Below are positions 24,870-37,698 of a DNA stretch of 64,000 nucleotides, piece by piece. Numbering within the stretch: position 1 is the stretch's first letter; each line of letters begins with the position of its first letter. The notes beneath the pieces are model-generated. The model saw only the letters and a program-made list of their open reading frames with translations, was not told where the DNA came from and did not search any database. The position numbers and the translations under genes are program-made. The stretch comes from Octopus sinensis (lineage: Eukaryota), in NCBI RefSeq assembly GCF_006345805.1, contig NC_043006.1, forward strand, positions 33,232,001 to 33,296,000, written 5' to 3'.

Positions 24870-25290
24870 CCTGAAGACTAAAACAATACCTGTTGTCATA
24901 GGTGCCCTGGGAATGATAGCAAAAGGGGCTGATAGCTACCTAACTCAGGTACCAGGAAACCCAAAAATGGCAGAAATTCAAAAGATAGAGCTCATGGGAA
25001 TTGCTCATATCCTACGCAAAATACTTTCTATGTAATCTCAAGGTTTAAAACAAACATAATTTTCGGTTTAAAAAAATTTTTTTTTTTTAGACATTCATTA
25101 GTACAACACCAAAAACTCCCCCCCCCCCAAAAAAAAAATATATATGGCACATTAGGCATAACAACAACATGAAATTCCAACCTGTTGTCTTTTGAGGTCT
25201 CTGGGTGAGACTTGGAGCTAACTTGTACAAATATAAAGCAAAAGTCAAACATAGAATAAGAATAATAATAATAATAATAACAACAACAAC
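24868..25290 (+). mobile_element. Second R4-like LINE extreme 3' end with (AAT)/(AAC) tail
   Basis: KTIPVVIGALGMIAKGADSYLTQVPGNPKMAEIQKIELMGIAHILRKIL followed by 3'UTR and tail. Confidence 0.8.
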
Positions 25291-25547
25291 AACCGAGTGG
25301 GCATGATTGTGGGTGATCGCTGAACATTCCTTGAGTTCGTATTCCGGCAGGAGATATAAATGGAATAAAAAATGCGTCAACAGAAGATTCGAACGAGGCT
25401 AAACTGCTCATTGTATTTTATGGTATAAAAAACGTAGTTCTTTTTTTCTTGATCATTTTGTTTTTAAAATACCTCAAAACATACATATATATGTATGTAT
25501 GTATGCATGTATGCATGTGTGTGTGTATATGTGTCTGTGTGTGTGTA

Positions 25548-25605
<58 letters not shown>

Positions 25606-26027
25606 TGTGTGTGTGTGTGTGTGTGCGCGCAAAAATGTTACTTCTGAAATCTAAGATCAACGCAGTAGTTGTAGTGACAAATAATATTCGTATACCACTT
25701 TAACATGGCTGTCCGCTTCAGCGGACTCTACTGCGATTTTTTTAACTCCAAGAGGACATCTCCTCTAACTGGTTAACGATGCACAACTGCATCCGATAAA
25801 ATTTATCTATTATATATATAATAGATAAAAGGAATTAGTAAACCTATGCATATATTAAGAAAGCACTCAGTGGTTAAGTGGAACTGGTTAACAACATCAA
25901 GCAATCAGATACCAATAACTTCTAATAGAATTAACATTCAAGATAATTCCTTGTGTATGATATGTAAATCCAGATATCGCTTGGTAGAGTTTCAAGAACT
26001 CCAAAGTATATAACAGCATTATGTTGC

Positions 26028-26086
<59 letters not shown>

Positions 26087-26591
26087 CGTATGTGTGTGTG
26101 TGTCTGTTGGCGCCTATATACTTTGCAACACCATAGAGCTTTATGTGGAAAGCTCTGCTTCAGTCTGTGTTGGTAGAGCATTTTGAGGCGTCACTGAATT
26201 GTCTTGTGCAAATGGCTGACACAAGATTCTATGAAATTTTCACTCCTTCGTTCCCGATGTTATCAGTAGAAGGTGTATGAGCCGACACAGTGGCACATGT
26301 GTCTTCACAATAGATGGTCGAAAAGAGCTGACGACAACGGTGGACTGTTACAGAGTCCCCAGCTCCGGATTTGTAAGCAATCAAATCGAAGCAGTACTTT
26401 CTTTGTACTATTTTATTATCTCCAAACGAATGAAAGGCAAAGCTGACTTCGACTTCGAACAGAGAAAACTTTACAATTCATTAAAAGAATTAACAACTCA
26501 TCAAACTTCACATCAATATTATCAACACTGCACCATTCGCTATTCCCATTGACCTTCGTTCAAAGATTTCGTATCTATTATCTAAAACGTG

Positions 26592-26644
<53 letters not shown>

Positions 26645-26665
26645 AGACTTTAAGACAAGTCAGTC

Positions 26666-27269
26666 GGATCTTTGTGGTTTTCATCACTGTTTACAATTAT
26701 CTTTTAAAGAAATGTTTTATGCATCATATAAATGTAATTTTTGATGCTGAATCCGAATTTGGTATTCATTTATTCCAGAAAAATTTTACAAAAATATTAC
26801 AGGTATTCAAAGTTTGATAATTATCAGTATTTTCAGCCAATCAGAAAACAGTACGTTCACTGCCTCTTCCATCATCAGGAAGAAGTGTGGGGGGGGAGGT
26901 GTCATCGGCATGTCAAAACATTAAACTAGGATTTTATAAAATAAATTATCTTTCTGCTTCTCCTCCTGGCACGCAATATCTCTGGTTACTGTGGAAACGG
27001 TACTTGCGAAGTACTGTTTCCGTGGTGCTTCTTTGCTTTGCTTACTATGGAAATAGAAATTTTCGCCAAGGTGATGTGTAAAATATTCACTTCAGATTGG
27101 CTAAAATACCCAAATTTTGCAAATTTTAAATGCTAATAACTTTTTAATAATGGATTTATAGGAAAAATAAATTTCATTTTGATAATTAGTATACAAAACT
27201 TAATCAATATACCAAATTTGAAAACAATTGGAACAAAATTGTAAACAGTGACGAAAACCATAAAGATCC
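26666..27269. mobile_element. MITE with 33-bp terminal inverted repeats
   Basis: GGATCTTTGTGGTTTTCATCACTGTTTACAATT (26666-26698) versus AATTGTAAACAGTGACGAAAACCATAAAGATCC (27237-27269): 31/33 complementary. Confidence 0.8.
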
Positions 27270-27815
27270 AGTCCGTCAAATGAAATAGTTAACTTACCAT
27301 GAATTCGCGTATTCGTCTAATATATAAGCAATTGAATGCATTCGGTATCTACAAGCGATGTGCTTACAAGAAAAGAACGAACAAACAATGCAGTAACTGA
27401 AACATGTAGTTCTATTGTTTTGTGTGTTTGGTTTTGAAAATTTTGAACAGCTGTTTTGACTTATTTTTCTTTTTACAATGCTTAGATATGCGTCATACGT
27501 TTTAAATAAATATATATTTCTTAAAGCCAGATTGGTTTGAGATAATTTAATCATTTATATAATTGAAATGGCGAGAAAAACTTTTTGAATAAAATATTAT
27601 ATAGTTACAAAATTATTCAACCAACAGGCAGTTGTCAAGAACAGGAGAGAATGCAACTGTATAGAGCAAAGTTTAACAAACTGTAATTCAAAAATGAATT
27701 CTGAAACTTTTCCGTCGGTTCTTGAAGTTTGAGAAAATGATTCAGTAATTATCATTCAATTTAGTTGTCGGAAATTCAAAGGAAGACTCGAGGATAAAAT
27801 GGTAATATTACATAC

Positions 27816-27907
27816 CAGCAGTAATACCGTTGTTGATCGGGTAATTACTTTTACTCTTTCTCGGGAGCCACATTCAAAGAGTTATTATATAGAGAGATTT
27901 ACTCCTC
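27816..27907 (-). pseudogene. Candidate small decayed exon
   Basis: CACATACAG|GAGG acceptor and CTGCTG|GTATGT donor, 92 nt; every frame has at least one stop. Confidence 0.25.
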
Positions 27908-28293
27908 CTGTATGTGTGTATTTTATAAGAAAAAAATATGTAATAACTGAAGCAGGAAAAAGGTCAATTTCATACACGAACTTCTGTTTGTTTATTATAT
28001 GACAATAATAAGTGAGTCGTATGTGTTATTTTTATATATCAATACAGTAATGGTAATTATATAATACACAAGGGTTTGGTCGGCACGGAGCTGTAATGAA
28101 AGAGAATTGCCCCACGTGCCGCAAAATGGGAGTGAACCTAAGGTTGGGAAACAAGCTTGTCAAACACACAACCACGCCTATAAAGGAGAGATTCATTTTG
28201 GATAATATACTCCTTGATACAATATTCTTAACAAAAAGAAGGGATGTTTACGGCGAGAAGACCTTCGGTTTTAGTATTTAATCGAGCAACATG

Positions 28294-28690
28294 ACGGCGA
28301 GCTGGCAGAAACGTTAGCACGCCGGGCGAAATGCTTAGCAGTGTTTCGTCTGCCGCTACGTTCTGAGTTCAAATTCCACCGAGGTCGACTTTGCCTTTCA
28401 TCCTTTCGGGGTCGATTAAATAGGTACCAGCAACGCACTGGGATTGATACAATCGACTTGATCCGTTTGTCTGTCCTTGTTTGTCCTCTCTGTGTTTAGC
28501 CCCTTGTGGGCAATAAAGAAATAGGTATTTCATCTGCCTTTGCGTTCTGAGTTCAAATTCCGCCGAGGTCGACTTTGCCTTTCATCCGTTCAGGGTCGAT
28601 AAATTAAGCACCAGTTGCTTACTGGGGTCAATCTAATCGACTGGCCCCCCTCCTCCAAAATTTTGAGCCTTGTGCCTGGAGCAGAATATA
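28294..28690 (+). mobile_element. Family-1 SINE dimer (head + tail unit)
   Basis: GGCGAGCTGGCAGAAACG head and terminal CCAAAATTTTGAGCCTTGTGCCTGGAGCAGAA. Confidence 0.9.
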
Positions 28691-31663
28691 TTTTTAATTC
28701 ATCAATGTATGCGATGTTCTTGACTCTTTCATTTTCGGGTTTTGCCTTTCGTTTTATATTCAAATCTTTAAATTTATTTTTGTTGTCTTTCTTTTGTTGT
28801 CCTACGATGATCTGGTATTTTATTTCGTTCCTTCGATATAAATTTTGTTCTGTTTTCTCAGTTATGTTATCTAAGGAGGGAAGTGTCATAATTTCACATT
28901 TTGGCATTTACTTTATTCTCTAAGATAAATTCTTAGTTGCATTCTTTTTTCTTGTTGTCTTTCTCTCATACACATTCTGTTTATGCCCATCTTTGCTGAT
29001 GTTTGTCTTTGCGTGCCGTTTCATTTTCCTTCAGTTCTCCAAGATAATTTTTCTTTTTCCATGTTATAACATATTTTTATATCACTGTGCAGCCGCAGTG
29101 TTCTTAGTTATAATCTATCACCCTCATATTTCCGTTCAATTTTTGTCTCTTCATCTTTGATATTGTTTCGGCTACTTGGTTATATATTTCTTTGAATATA
29201 TTTCTACATCAGCATTTTAAGTTGTATTTTTAAGTTGTTTTTTTTTTTCTTATTGAAGGTATCAACGTGTGTAGTTATTTTACGTTCATGGTTTATATTT
29301 ATTAGATCTAAATTCTTTTATTGCTTTTCTTTTTCATTTCTGAATGTTTTATTGAGTAATATACTATCATCTGTTGTTCCTCTTGTTACTGGTTGACTTT
29401 GCTTGTCTTCAACGTTGCTCCTGTTTGCTTGTACCTTTTGTTCGGTTTCTGTTACATTCTTTGCCTTTTTTTTTGGTCCTGATTGTGTATTGTATAATAA
29501 AGTTCTATCTCATCTTAAGCACGCTTTTTTGTGTTCATTTGAAAATATTGCTTACCCTTCGGTGTCGCTTTGTTTGTTCTTTCCTGCATTTTTTAATGTT
29601 GTTTTGTTCAGCGTTTTTAATACTATTTTATTCTGCATTTTTTAATACTGTTTTATTCTACTTTGAGGTTATTGCGTTGCTATTTTCCAAAGTTATAATC
29701 TGGCAACATTTATTCCTTACTCTACAGGTTTTCATATACTTTGTTATTTTTCGCGTTTATTGTTTCTTGTAGTAAGTTTTTCTACTTTACCTTTTGTCAT
29801 TGTTCATCTTTAAATATTGCATTATTATTAGTCTTATGTTCTTTGTGATGTATTGTGAGGAAGCTGCCAGCTTTGGTTACCTCTGGTTGTCTTCATGTTT
29901 TCTCGTCTTTGTGCCTTCTTTATTCCTCTTTTCCTCTGCCTGCTATTTTGTTTCCATCACAGTCTTTATTTCTTACTGTTTTCCGGGTTTTTTTTAATTT
30001 ACCGTGATCTTAAAATGGTGCTTATCTACTTATTTTATTTTATTATATATTTTGTTGTGTGTTTATAATCGTTAATACTTGGTTCTTCATCACTTTCGTT
30101 GTACTTTTTATTCAATCTGTGATCATATAGCTAGTCCTTCCTCTTAAGCTGCCGTTGCAACTTTAATTGTGTGTATTTTGCTTTCGTTTATTTTTTATTC
30201 TGTTTTTTTTTTTCTTTAGAACGAATAACAGAATATGAAATGAATAGCCCATTGTTATTTTTCTCATTCTTTCTTTTACAATTAATACTTTATTCGTTGT
30301 TATATTCTGATATCCTCAGCTGCGATTGAATAATTGGTGGTTCGTATTTTTTTCTTCGTTATATTTGCTCAAAAAAGAAAGAAACGGTAAGGTAGAAACT
30401 GAAAGTAAAATTCGATATTTCAAACGAACTCTGCTGTGGATATTTATCTTTATGAATTATCTCTCTTTAATGGTGGTCATAGACACACGGAAAATAAGAA
30501 ACTATTTATTCTTTGATTTCCCATCTTCACATTCCCAATTCTTCGTGTGTTCTTATAGTTTAGGGTTTTCGATTATCTGTTTTTGCGTATCATTAGTCTT
30601 CACTGTGCGTTGCTTGGTTCTTCGTAAATGTTTGTAGATTTGGTTCTGCATGTTTGGTAATGTTCTTAGTCCTTCTGCTACGATTGAATTGTTTGGGGCT
30701 TTTAGTTGTTGTTCATCTTTAATTATTATTATTAAGTCATGTTTGGTGAAAAATATTTGTTCTTCATCAATCAGTGTTAATGATTGATAACTAAACAAGC
30801 GTAAAGTAAAAGGAAAAGTTTGGAAATTGAAATGAAATATGAAAATGGTAATGGAATTAAAATAAAGCATATTTTCCATAATTAAGAACCGGCTTCAAAT
30901 TTGTCCTTGTTAGTTGCTCAAAACTGAAGGATTGTTCTAAATTTTTATAGTCATTATTTCATTTTTGTAATTAGTTCTTCTGCTTTGATGAATTTTTGGT
31001 TGCTTATATTTTGATGGAATATTTGTGATAAATCACTTCATCCTTCATTATATTACTTTCTCTTTATCTTTTTATATTTGGTCCTTCATCTTCTACTGTG
31101 ATTTATTGATCAACGATTCCTGTCTTTGTTGTGTATTTTTCCGCTTTAATGTTTTGAATTATATATTATTTTTAAATGAAGAAGTTGATAAGCAACAGTT
31201 GAATGTGAAATTTTAAAGATTTAAATGAATTATGAAAGTAATAACGAGAAGTTTTAAAATGTGTTGTGTTGACTTAAATCAGTATCTTTATCAATTTAAC
31301 TTTGGTGAAAAGTATCGTCATTTCAGACATTGTTATATTTTTAAAGAAAGCTAAAGTTCACATCATTTTTAGGAGCTAAAAACAATCAGCTTCATCATTG
31401 TACTTCCGCGTGACATCTTTATTAAAAACTGAAGAAATAGATCCAAAGTCGCTTAACAGCGAAACCCCTTCGTGGGACTGGAATTTCTCTGTCTTTTCAG
31501 GTTCGTTAACATTTTCTACCGAAGAAGTTGTTCTTCGGAATCCTCTGTAATGTTTTTAGTTACATGTTTTCTGTTACATGAAGCTTTTTAAACAGCCACC
31601 ATTATGATCAATTGTTAAAAACGTCTTTGTAGCTGCCATGTTTAATTACAGCCCATATTTTTC
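28690..31663 (-). pseudogene. About 3 kb decayed K/N/E/T-rich coding block (large exon remnant)
   Basis: Strong T-skew on the plus strand; ATTTCAG|G acceptor at 31663. Protein-like segments (VENVNEPEKTEKFQSHEGVSLLSDFGS; KKYNESDEEPSINDYK; NSIKNAE*NSIKNAEQNNIK; ETEQKVQANRSNVEDKQSQP) are broken by many stops and frameshifts. Confidence 0.55.
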
Positions 31664-32056
31664 CTGAAATCTACTGAAATAGTAGACCTAATGCTGAGTA
31701 AAATGGAAAGCTGACAGAATCGTTAAGACGTCGGGCAAAATACTTAACGATATTTCTTTTGGGTTTTTATGTCCTTGGCTCAAATCCTGTCGAGGTCAGT
31801 TTTATCGTTCATCCTTTTGGGGTCGATAAAATTAAAGTATCAGTCAAGCTCTGGATTGATCTAATCGATTTGCCTCTCCATCTCCTCGAAATTGTTGTCC
31901 TTGAACCCTGTAAAGGATCGGCATCCCATTCAGGGGCAATGTTGTTATCCTTTAGAAAACTACTATTTGTAAATCTCACAACGAGAGATATTAAGCAACA
32001 GTACTTTGGAGTAAAGATTATTTGCCAACATAGCATGTCAGTCCTGGTTTAGGACT

Positions 32057-32235
32057 AATGTTGCTGTAACTTAGCCCCTGGAGACATCATCTCCAGCTGA
32101 TTATATGACACTATCTGTGTCCTTATATTTTCGAACAAGGGTGCCAGATTCCCTTGTTCGAAAATATAAGGACATAGATCATGTCGTATAGTCAGCTGGA
32201 GACGATGTTTCCAGGGGCTAAATTACAGCAATGTT
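32057..32235. repeat. Near-perfect fold-back (about 85 bp arms), MITE-like
   Basis: AATGTTGCTGTAACTTAGCCCCTGGAGACATC...CCTTATATTTTCGAACAAGGG pairs with CCCTTGTTCGAAAATATAAGG...GATGTTTCCAGGGGCTAAATTACAGCAATGTT. A right-arm relative lies at about 18085-18195. Confidence 0.9.
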
Positions 32236-32379
32236 ATTATCCTTGTCACTTAAATGCCGAGGAAACTGGTTAACCAGCCTTATGAGTGCTAAGACTGAAG
32301 AACAAAACACAGTGAGTTAGGTGGGGGAGGGTTCCGGCCACGAGCATAGCACTTGAAATGCTTTTCTGCTTGCATGTAA

Positions 32380-33515
32380 TAGAATAGACTGTACAAAAAC
32401 GCTATCCTTGATACAGTAAATCCGGGACGTGAGGACAAGTTGGAAGCTGGCTATGCAACAAAGTTTTGTATCAAACTGGACGAAACGTTACAGAAACTTA
32501 TGAAATACCCCAACTGCTTAAGGATGAACTTCTATGAGTCGAACATCTGTTTTTTGCTGGTACAAAAGGTTTAAGGACGGTAGAGGGGAGGTAAGATGCG
32601 ATGTGAGGTGTAGGAAGAAGGACGTCAGAACATCAGAACTGGTTGAGAAAAGTCACAATTTTCAGGCTGCTGTGTGTCTATACAGACAATAAGCATATAG
32701 TTTGGAGTTGGTGTGGAAACTGTTCACAGAATTATCCAGGTAGATCAGAATATGCGCAAAATTTGTACACAGTTTATTTCCTGCGTACACAGTGACAAAT
32801 AAAAGGAAAGATGCGTTGGTGACGGCAAAGAGACGATTGAGTTCATTACCTGCAGTCGAAGAGTACTTGAGTCTCAGGTGATCTTTGACGAAAGCTAGAT
32901 GCACCTTTATATCCTGAAGGCGAGAGATAGAGTGCCCTTTGAAAGTATCCTTGATTCCCCAAACTGAAGAAGGCCAGACAAAGCAAATTCGTTGGGAACC
33001 TTGTGGTGGTTCCATTTTCCGACAGTAAGGGCATAATCTACATTCACTAAGTTCCCTCTGGTCAGACAGTCAGCAAAGAGTACTTTGAGGTTTCATCGCA
33101 AAAGCCTGGAGCTCTTCTGCCCGGGTCGGTGGCACCTTGCATAAAGACAATGCACCAGTTCTCGGTTCTATCCTGGTAACCGACTACTTGATAGAGATGG
33201 GTGGGCATCAAAATTGATCCTTGTTTGCCCTACAGTCTAGACCTTGCTCCCTGCCACTTTCGGTTGATTCCCAAGCTGAAGGCAGAGGCAATAGTTTTGA
33301 AAATGAAGGAGGCTGTAACAAGGCTCCTGGATAGCTCCACTTTGGAGAGCTTCTATGGAGCCTTCACGAAATGGCTTGAGCATTACAAATGCATTGAAGT
33401 GCATTGGAGTCAGAGAATCCTACTTTAAAGAAGATTAGAGTTTTGTACTTTTTTTTTTAAATTAATAAATGTCTCTCTTGAAAAAGTCTGGAAGCTTCTG
33501 GAATTCACTTAGTAT
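32380..33515 (+). mobile_element. Decayed mariner transposon
   Basis: YATKFC, MSRTSVFCWYKRFKDGR, HKDNAPV, PYSLDLAPCHFRLIPKLK and KWLEHYKCIEV motifs; right end AAAAAGTCTGGAAGCTTCTGGAATTCACTTAGTA. Confidence 0.85.
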
Positions 33516-33564
33516 TTTTGCATATTCCCTATAGAACTTCGAAGATCTTGAACAATGAATACAC

Positions 33565-34017
33565 CTTCTGTACCAATATTCATTTTAACCAGTTTTGTGC
33601 TGACATTGATGGAATATTATTCAAAGTGAATCCATTTCTTGTAAGAAAACTTCGATAGTTTTCTGTTGTATAGAATCTGTAATTTTAGTTCTCCATCATA
33701 CCTTCATCCATCGAAAGATACGATTTCTTCAAATGTTGTAAATAATTTCGCACGTTCTGCAGAAAATTGCAAAAGAAAACATCTACTGTTGTTGTAGAAT
33801 GTGATCATTCTGCATTTTCTTATTGTATTCTTTTTATCATCTTCTGCTAAATCCATTTTGATTGCAGATTCTTTCTGGGTAGTACAAACACCACCATAGA
33901 TGGTTCTCACATCTTCCAGTGATGTAGCTATTGAGACATTTTTCAATAAAGTTTACGGTTGGAATCACTCTCGATTTTTTAGGATAATCAAGGTACATCA
34001 GTCCAATTGAGGCGATT
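33565..34017 (-). pseudogene. Candidate decayed PAN/Apple-like exon
   Basis: GATTATAG|AATC acceptor (34017); donors AAG|GTATGA (33702) or GAAG|GTGTAT (33565). Phase-1 frame contains KCRMITFYNNSRCFLL (C..(S/T)FY....C.L) with TGA/TAA stops; an overlapping frame is also Cys-rich. Confidence 0.4.
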
Positions 34018-34461
34018 CTATAATCCGACAATTATTTCTGTCTCATGTGTAATGTTCCGAGAATTACAGATCACAGAGAATGTGGACTTAGGTTTAAGCG
34101 GATGCATCATAATTATCCATCATCTATTCAGTTAGATTATCTTTATTTCTTTTTTTTTCTTTTGCTTTTTTTTCAGTCGATGGACTGTGGCCATACTGGG
34201 GCATCGCTGAAAAATTATTTTTCAAATCTGGTTCTTATTCTAACGGTTTCTTTTGCCGAAGCCACTAAGCTACGAGGACGATAACAAACCAACACTCTCT
34301 TGATAAGCGATGGTGGGGATAAACACAAATACTCACACAAACATATCTACATCCATACATATCTACATACATGCATACGTACGTAAAACATACATACATA
34401 CATACATACGTACACATTGACACACACTCATACATGCATACAGATGTTTGTGTGTGTGTGT

Positions 34462-34501
<40 letters not shown>

Positions 34502-34689
34502 GTGTGTTTGTGTGTGCGTGCGTGTAAACGACGAGCTTCTTTCAGATTCCTCAAATAAATTCTCTCACAAGATTTTGGTCGGTCCGAGGCCATAGCAGAA
34601 GATGCTTTCCTAAGGTGTTACTCATAATAAATGCACAAACAAACGGAAAACGGACACAAAAGATCACCAAATCCTCATCAGTTATCAGC

Positions 34690-35760
34690 CAGAGGGTCAA
34701 TCGCCTTCAACGATATTACTCCTCTTTGGTGGTGCCGGCAGCAAGAAGTCGCTGAGAAATGGCGAGCCAACAAACAAGGGACCAAAACTAACATAAAGAG
34801 AACAAACAAACAAACAAACAAGAAATAAACATATATGCAATACAGAAAGTGAACATACAAACATGAAATAAATGTAATTCGAGAGGTGGTCATTAGTGGA
34901 CGGACGAGGGACAAAGATGAAAGCAAACAAGACGAAATGTGGTCATACGAACAAAGTGAAATAAATAAACAGACTACGGCCTTCGGACCAGGCAAGAGAC
35001 GAAAATATGGTTAACGCTAGGCGGAATATCGTAGAGGGTCAGTGAAATGGATTGGAAGTGGAAGACGAAAGAAAATACGACCAGTCGACATGAAGAAAAA
35101 GTAGAATAAAAGATGATGATGACCACAGGTCATGTGTCAGTAGTAGGAGGAAGAAAAGTGGTAGAGGGCAGAGAGAGACAGACAGACAGACAGAGAGCAT
35201 AGATGAAAGCCAAAAGACATAACCCTGGAAATGAATGTGGCCTGGCTAGTAACTACTATACTGCTGGGCATGAAAGAAAAGATCATTGTCCAGCAAGCCA
35301 CCACCACTGCATATAAAACTGGCATGGCCAGAGACTGGATATGATAATTCAGGCAGTCCCGGGGGTCCTGCAACATATGGTCGAGACCATTACAATCGAA
35401 GATATAATGCTCAGGGTTAGACTGGAGGGCAGGATGCCTCGATACTACAAATGTGGCCTGAAAGACCCATCAGAGCGGATTGTCGTCCACCGCCAGTACT
35501 GCACATAATAATTGGCAAAGTCAGAGACTGGATATGGTAATCCACACAACCCCGTGGTACCTGGAAAATATGGTCGAGACCATTGCAGTCGAAGATATAA
35601 TATTCAGTGTTAGAGGGGAGGGCAGGATCCCTCGCTGCTACAAATGATGCCTGAAAGGTTACATTAGAGTGGATTGTTCTCCATCGCCTGTAACCACACA
35701 AATGGTTCCGGAGAAGATAAAGGAAACTGCACCTCCACCGCCGGCGAGAACCAGTGGCAT
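34690..35760 (+). mobile_element. LINE 5' portion with duplicated gag-like zinc-knuckle ORF1 fragment (Tx1/L1-like)
   Basis: Two about-230-bp tandem copies encode RLEGRMPRYYKCGLKD and RGEGRIPRCYK*CLKGYIRVDC, a degenerate CX2CX4HX4C knuckle. Confidence 0.6.
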
Positions 35761-36049
35761 TAGTATATATATTTATATATGGACACATACAATAGCATGT
35801 ATGCTCATACAAATATATGTACAGCCACGTGCATATACATACATACTTACATACATACGTACTTACATATATACATGCATATTCACACATATACATATGC
35901 CAGATGAACCAATATCAAGGCAGGAAACTCAAAAGAGACAGCAAGCCAATCACATGGTATTGGTCAATTAAAAGGTGATTGCACTGGTGGTGCTCCAGCA
36001 TGGCCACAGCCTTAGGGCTGAAACATATAAAACAATAAAAGAATACATA

Positions 36050-37000
36050 TACTCACACATACATCCGTACATTCATACATACGTACATACATGTATATAT
36101 TCATAGATTCATACATATACATACATGCATGCATCCATACTAACAAACATATATACATACGTACATATATACATACATGCACAAGTATATACTCATAGAT
36201 AACTCATAGATACATATATGCATACATACATTCTTACATACATCCGTACATTCTTATATAAGTACGTACATATATATATATTGTATTTACATACGTGCGA
36301 GCATATACATACATACATACACACATACATATATACATCCATACATATCTACTTGCATGCATACATACATGCATACATACATACATAGACACATACATAC
36401 GCACACTCATACATATATATACTTACAAACACACCCATACATACACACTCATACATATATACATGCATACGCACATACATACCTACATACATACATGCAT
36501 ACAAAAATACCTTGTTGTTGATGTTAAAATTCCAATGAAGGAGCCTTGGATCTAGATTAGAAACCGGTTCTTCCTCTATTGGCAAGAAATATTGAAATAA
36601 AACAGAATAATGACATACATACATACATACATACATACACATATACATACATACATACATACATACATACATACATACATACATACATACATACATACAT
36701 ACATACATACGCACATACATACAAACGTACATACATACAAACGTACATACATTCATATATATAAACACACATACATAAACATACACACATAAATACATAC
36801 ATACATGCATATATATACATACATACATACAAACGTACATATACACATACATGCATACAAACATACATACATAAATACATACATACACACATAAATACAT
36901 ACATACATGCATATACATACATACATACATACATACATACATACATACATACATACATACATACATACATACATACACACACACATACATACGTTCATAC
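36050..37000. repeat. (ATAC)n compound microsatellite
   Basis: Direct inspection. Confidence 0.95.
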
Positions 37001-37274
37001 AAAATAATATCAGAACGCACATGATTAAGTAGAGAAAAGTAAACGAAAGCCAATAAATCTTTACATATTTCTGTGCAAAAATATGAAACTGGAATTATTC
37101 CTTCGAGCCACTTCAGAGAACATAAGAATTTCTAAATTAACAAATGCAAAACAAGTGTTGACTTTTATGAGAATAAATACACAAAAGAACAGAATATCTT
37201 GAAGGAATAAAACACAGAACAACAGATAATAACTTGCCATTATAAATAATCTGCTATAAGAACTACAGATAATG

Positions 37275-37295
37275 ATAGTAGTAGTAGTAGTATTT

Positions 37296-37342
<47 letters not shown>

Positions 37343-37345
37343 TGT
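37275..37345. repeat. (TAG)n microsatellite
   Basis: Direct inspection. Confidence 0.95.
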
Positions 37346-37698
37346 AGTAGTAGTAGTAGTAGAAGAACATTACCAGTTATTGTACAGATGGATCATTATT
37401 TTGTTACATGCAAACAAAACCAGATAAAATATAAAGGCGTGTAGTTATGTAATACATATATTTTACAAGAAGAAGAAGAAGAGTTTAAAATTTTGCCACA
37501 AGGGCAGCAATTTTGGCGGAGGGCATGAGCCGGTTACATCGACTCCAGTGTTCAGCTGGTACTTATTTTATAAACTCAGAAAGAATGAAAGACAAAGTCG
37601 ACTTCAGCAGAATTTGAACTCAGAACGTGAAGGCGGGCGAATTACCGCAAAGCATTCGCCCGGCCTGCTCACCACCTTAATAATAATAAACAATAATA

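Noticed and set aside
29374-29997. Plus-strand F/L/V-rich 'membrane protein' ORFs
   Set aside because: Antisense shadows of the A-rich minus-strand block.
28690-31663. Ciliate-type code (TAA/TAG = Gln) or a contaminant insert
   Set aside because: Reassigning TAA/TAG does not give a continuous ORF: TGA stops and frameshifts remain, and the flanks carry host SINEs.
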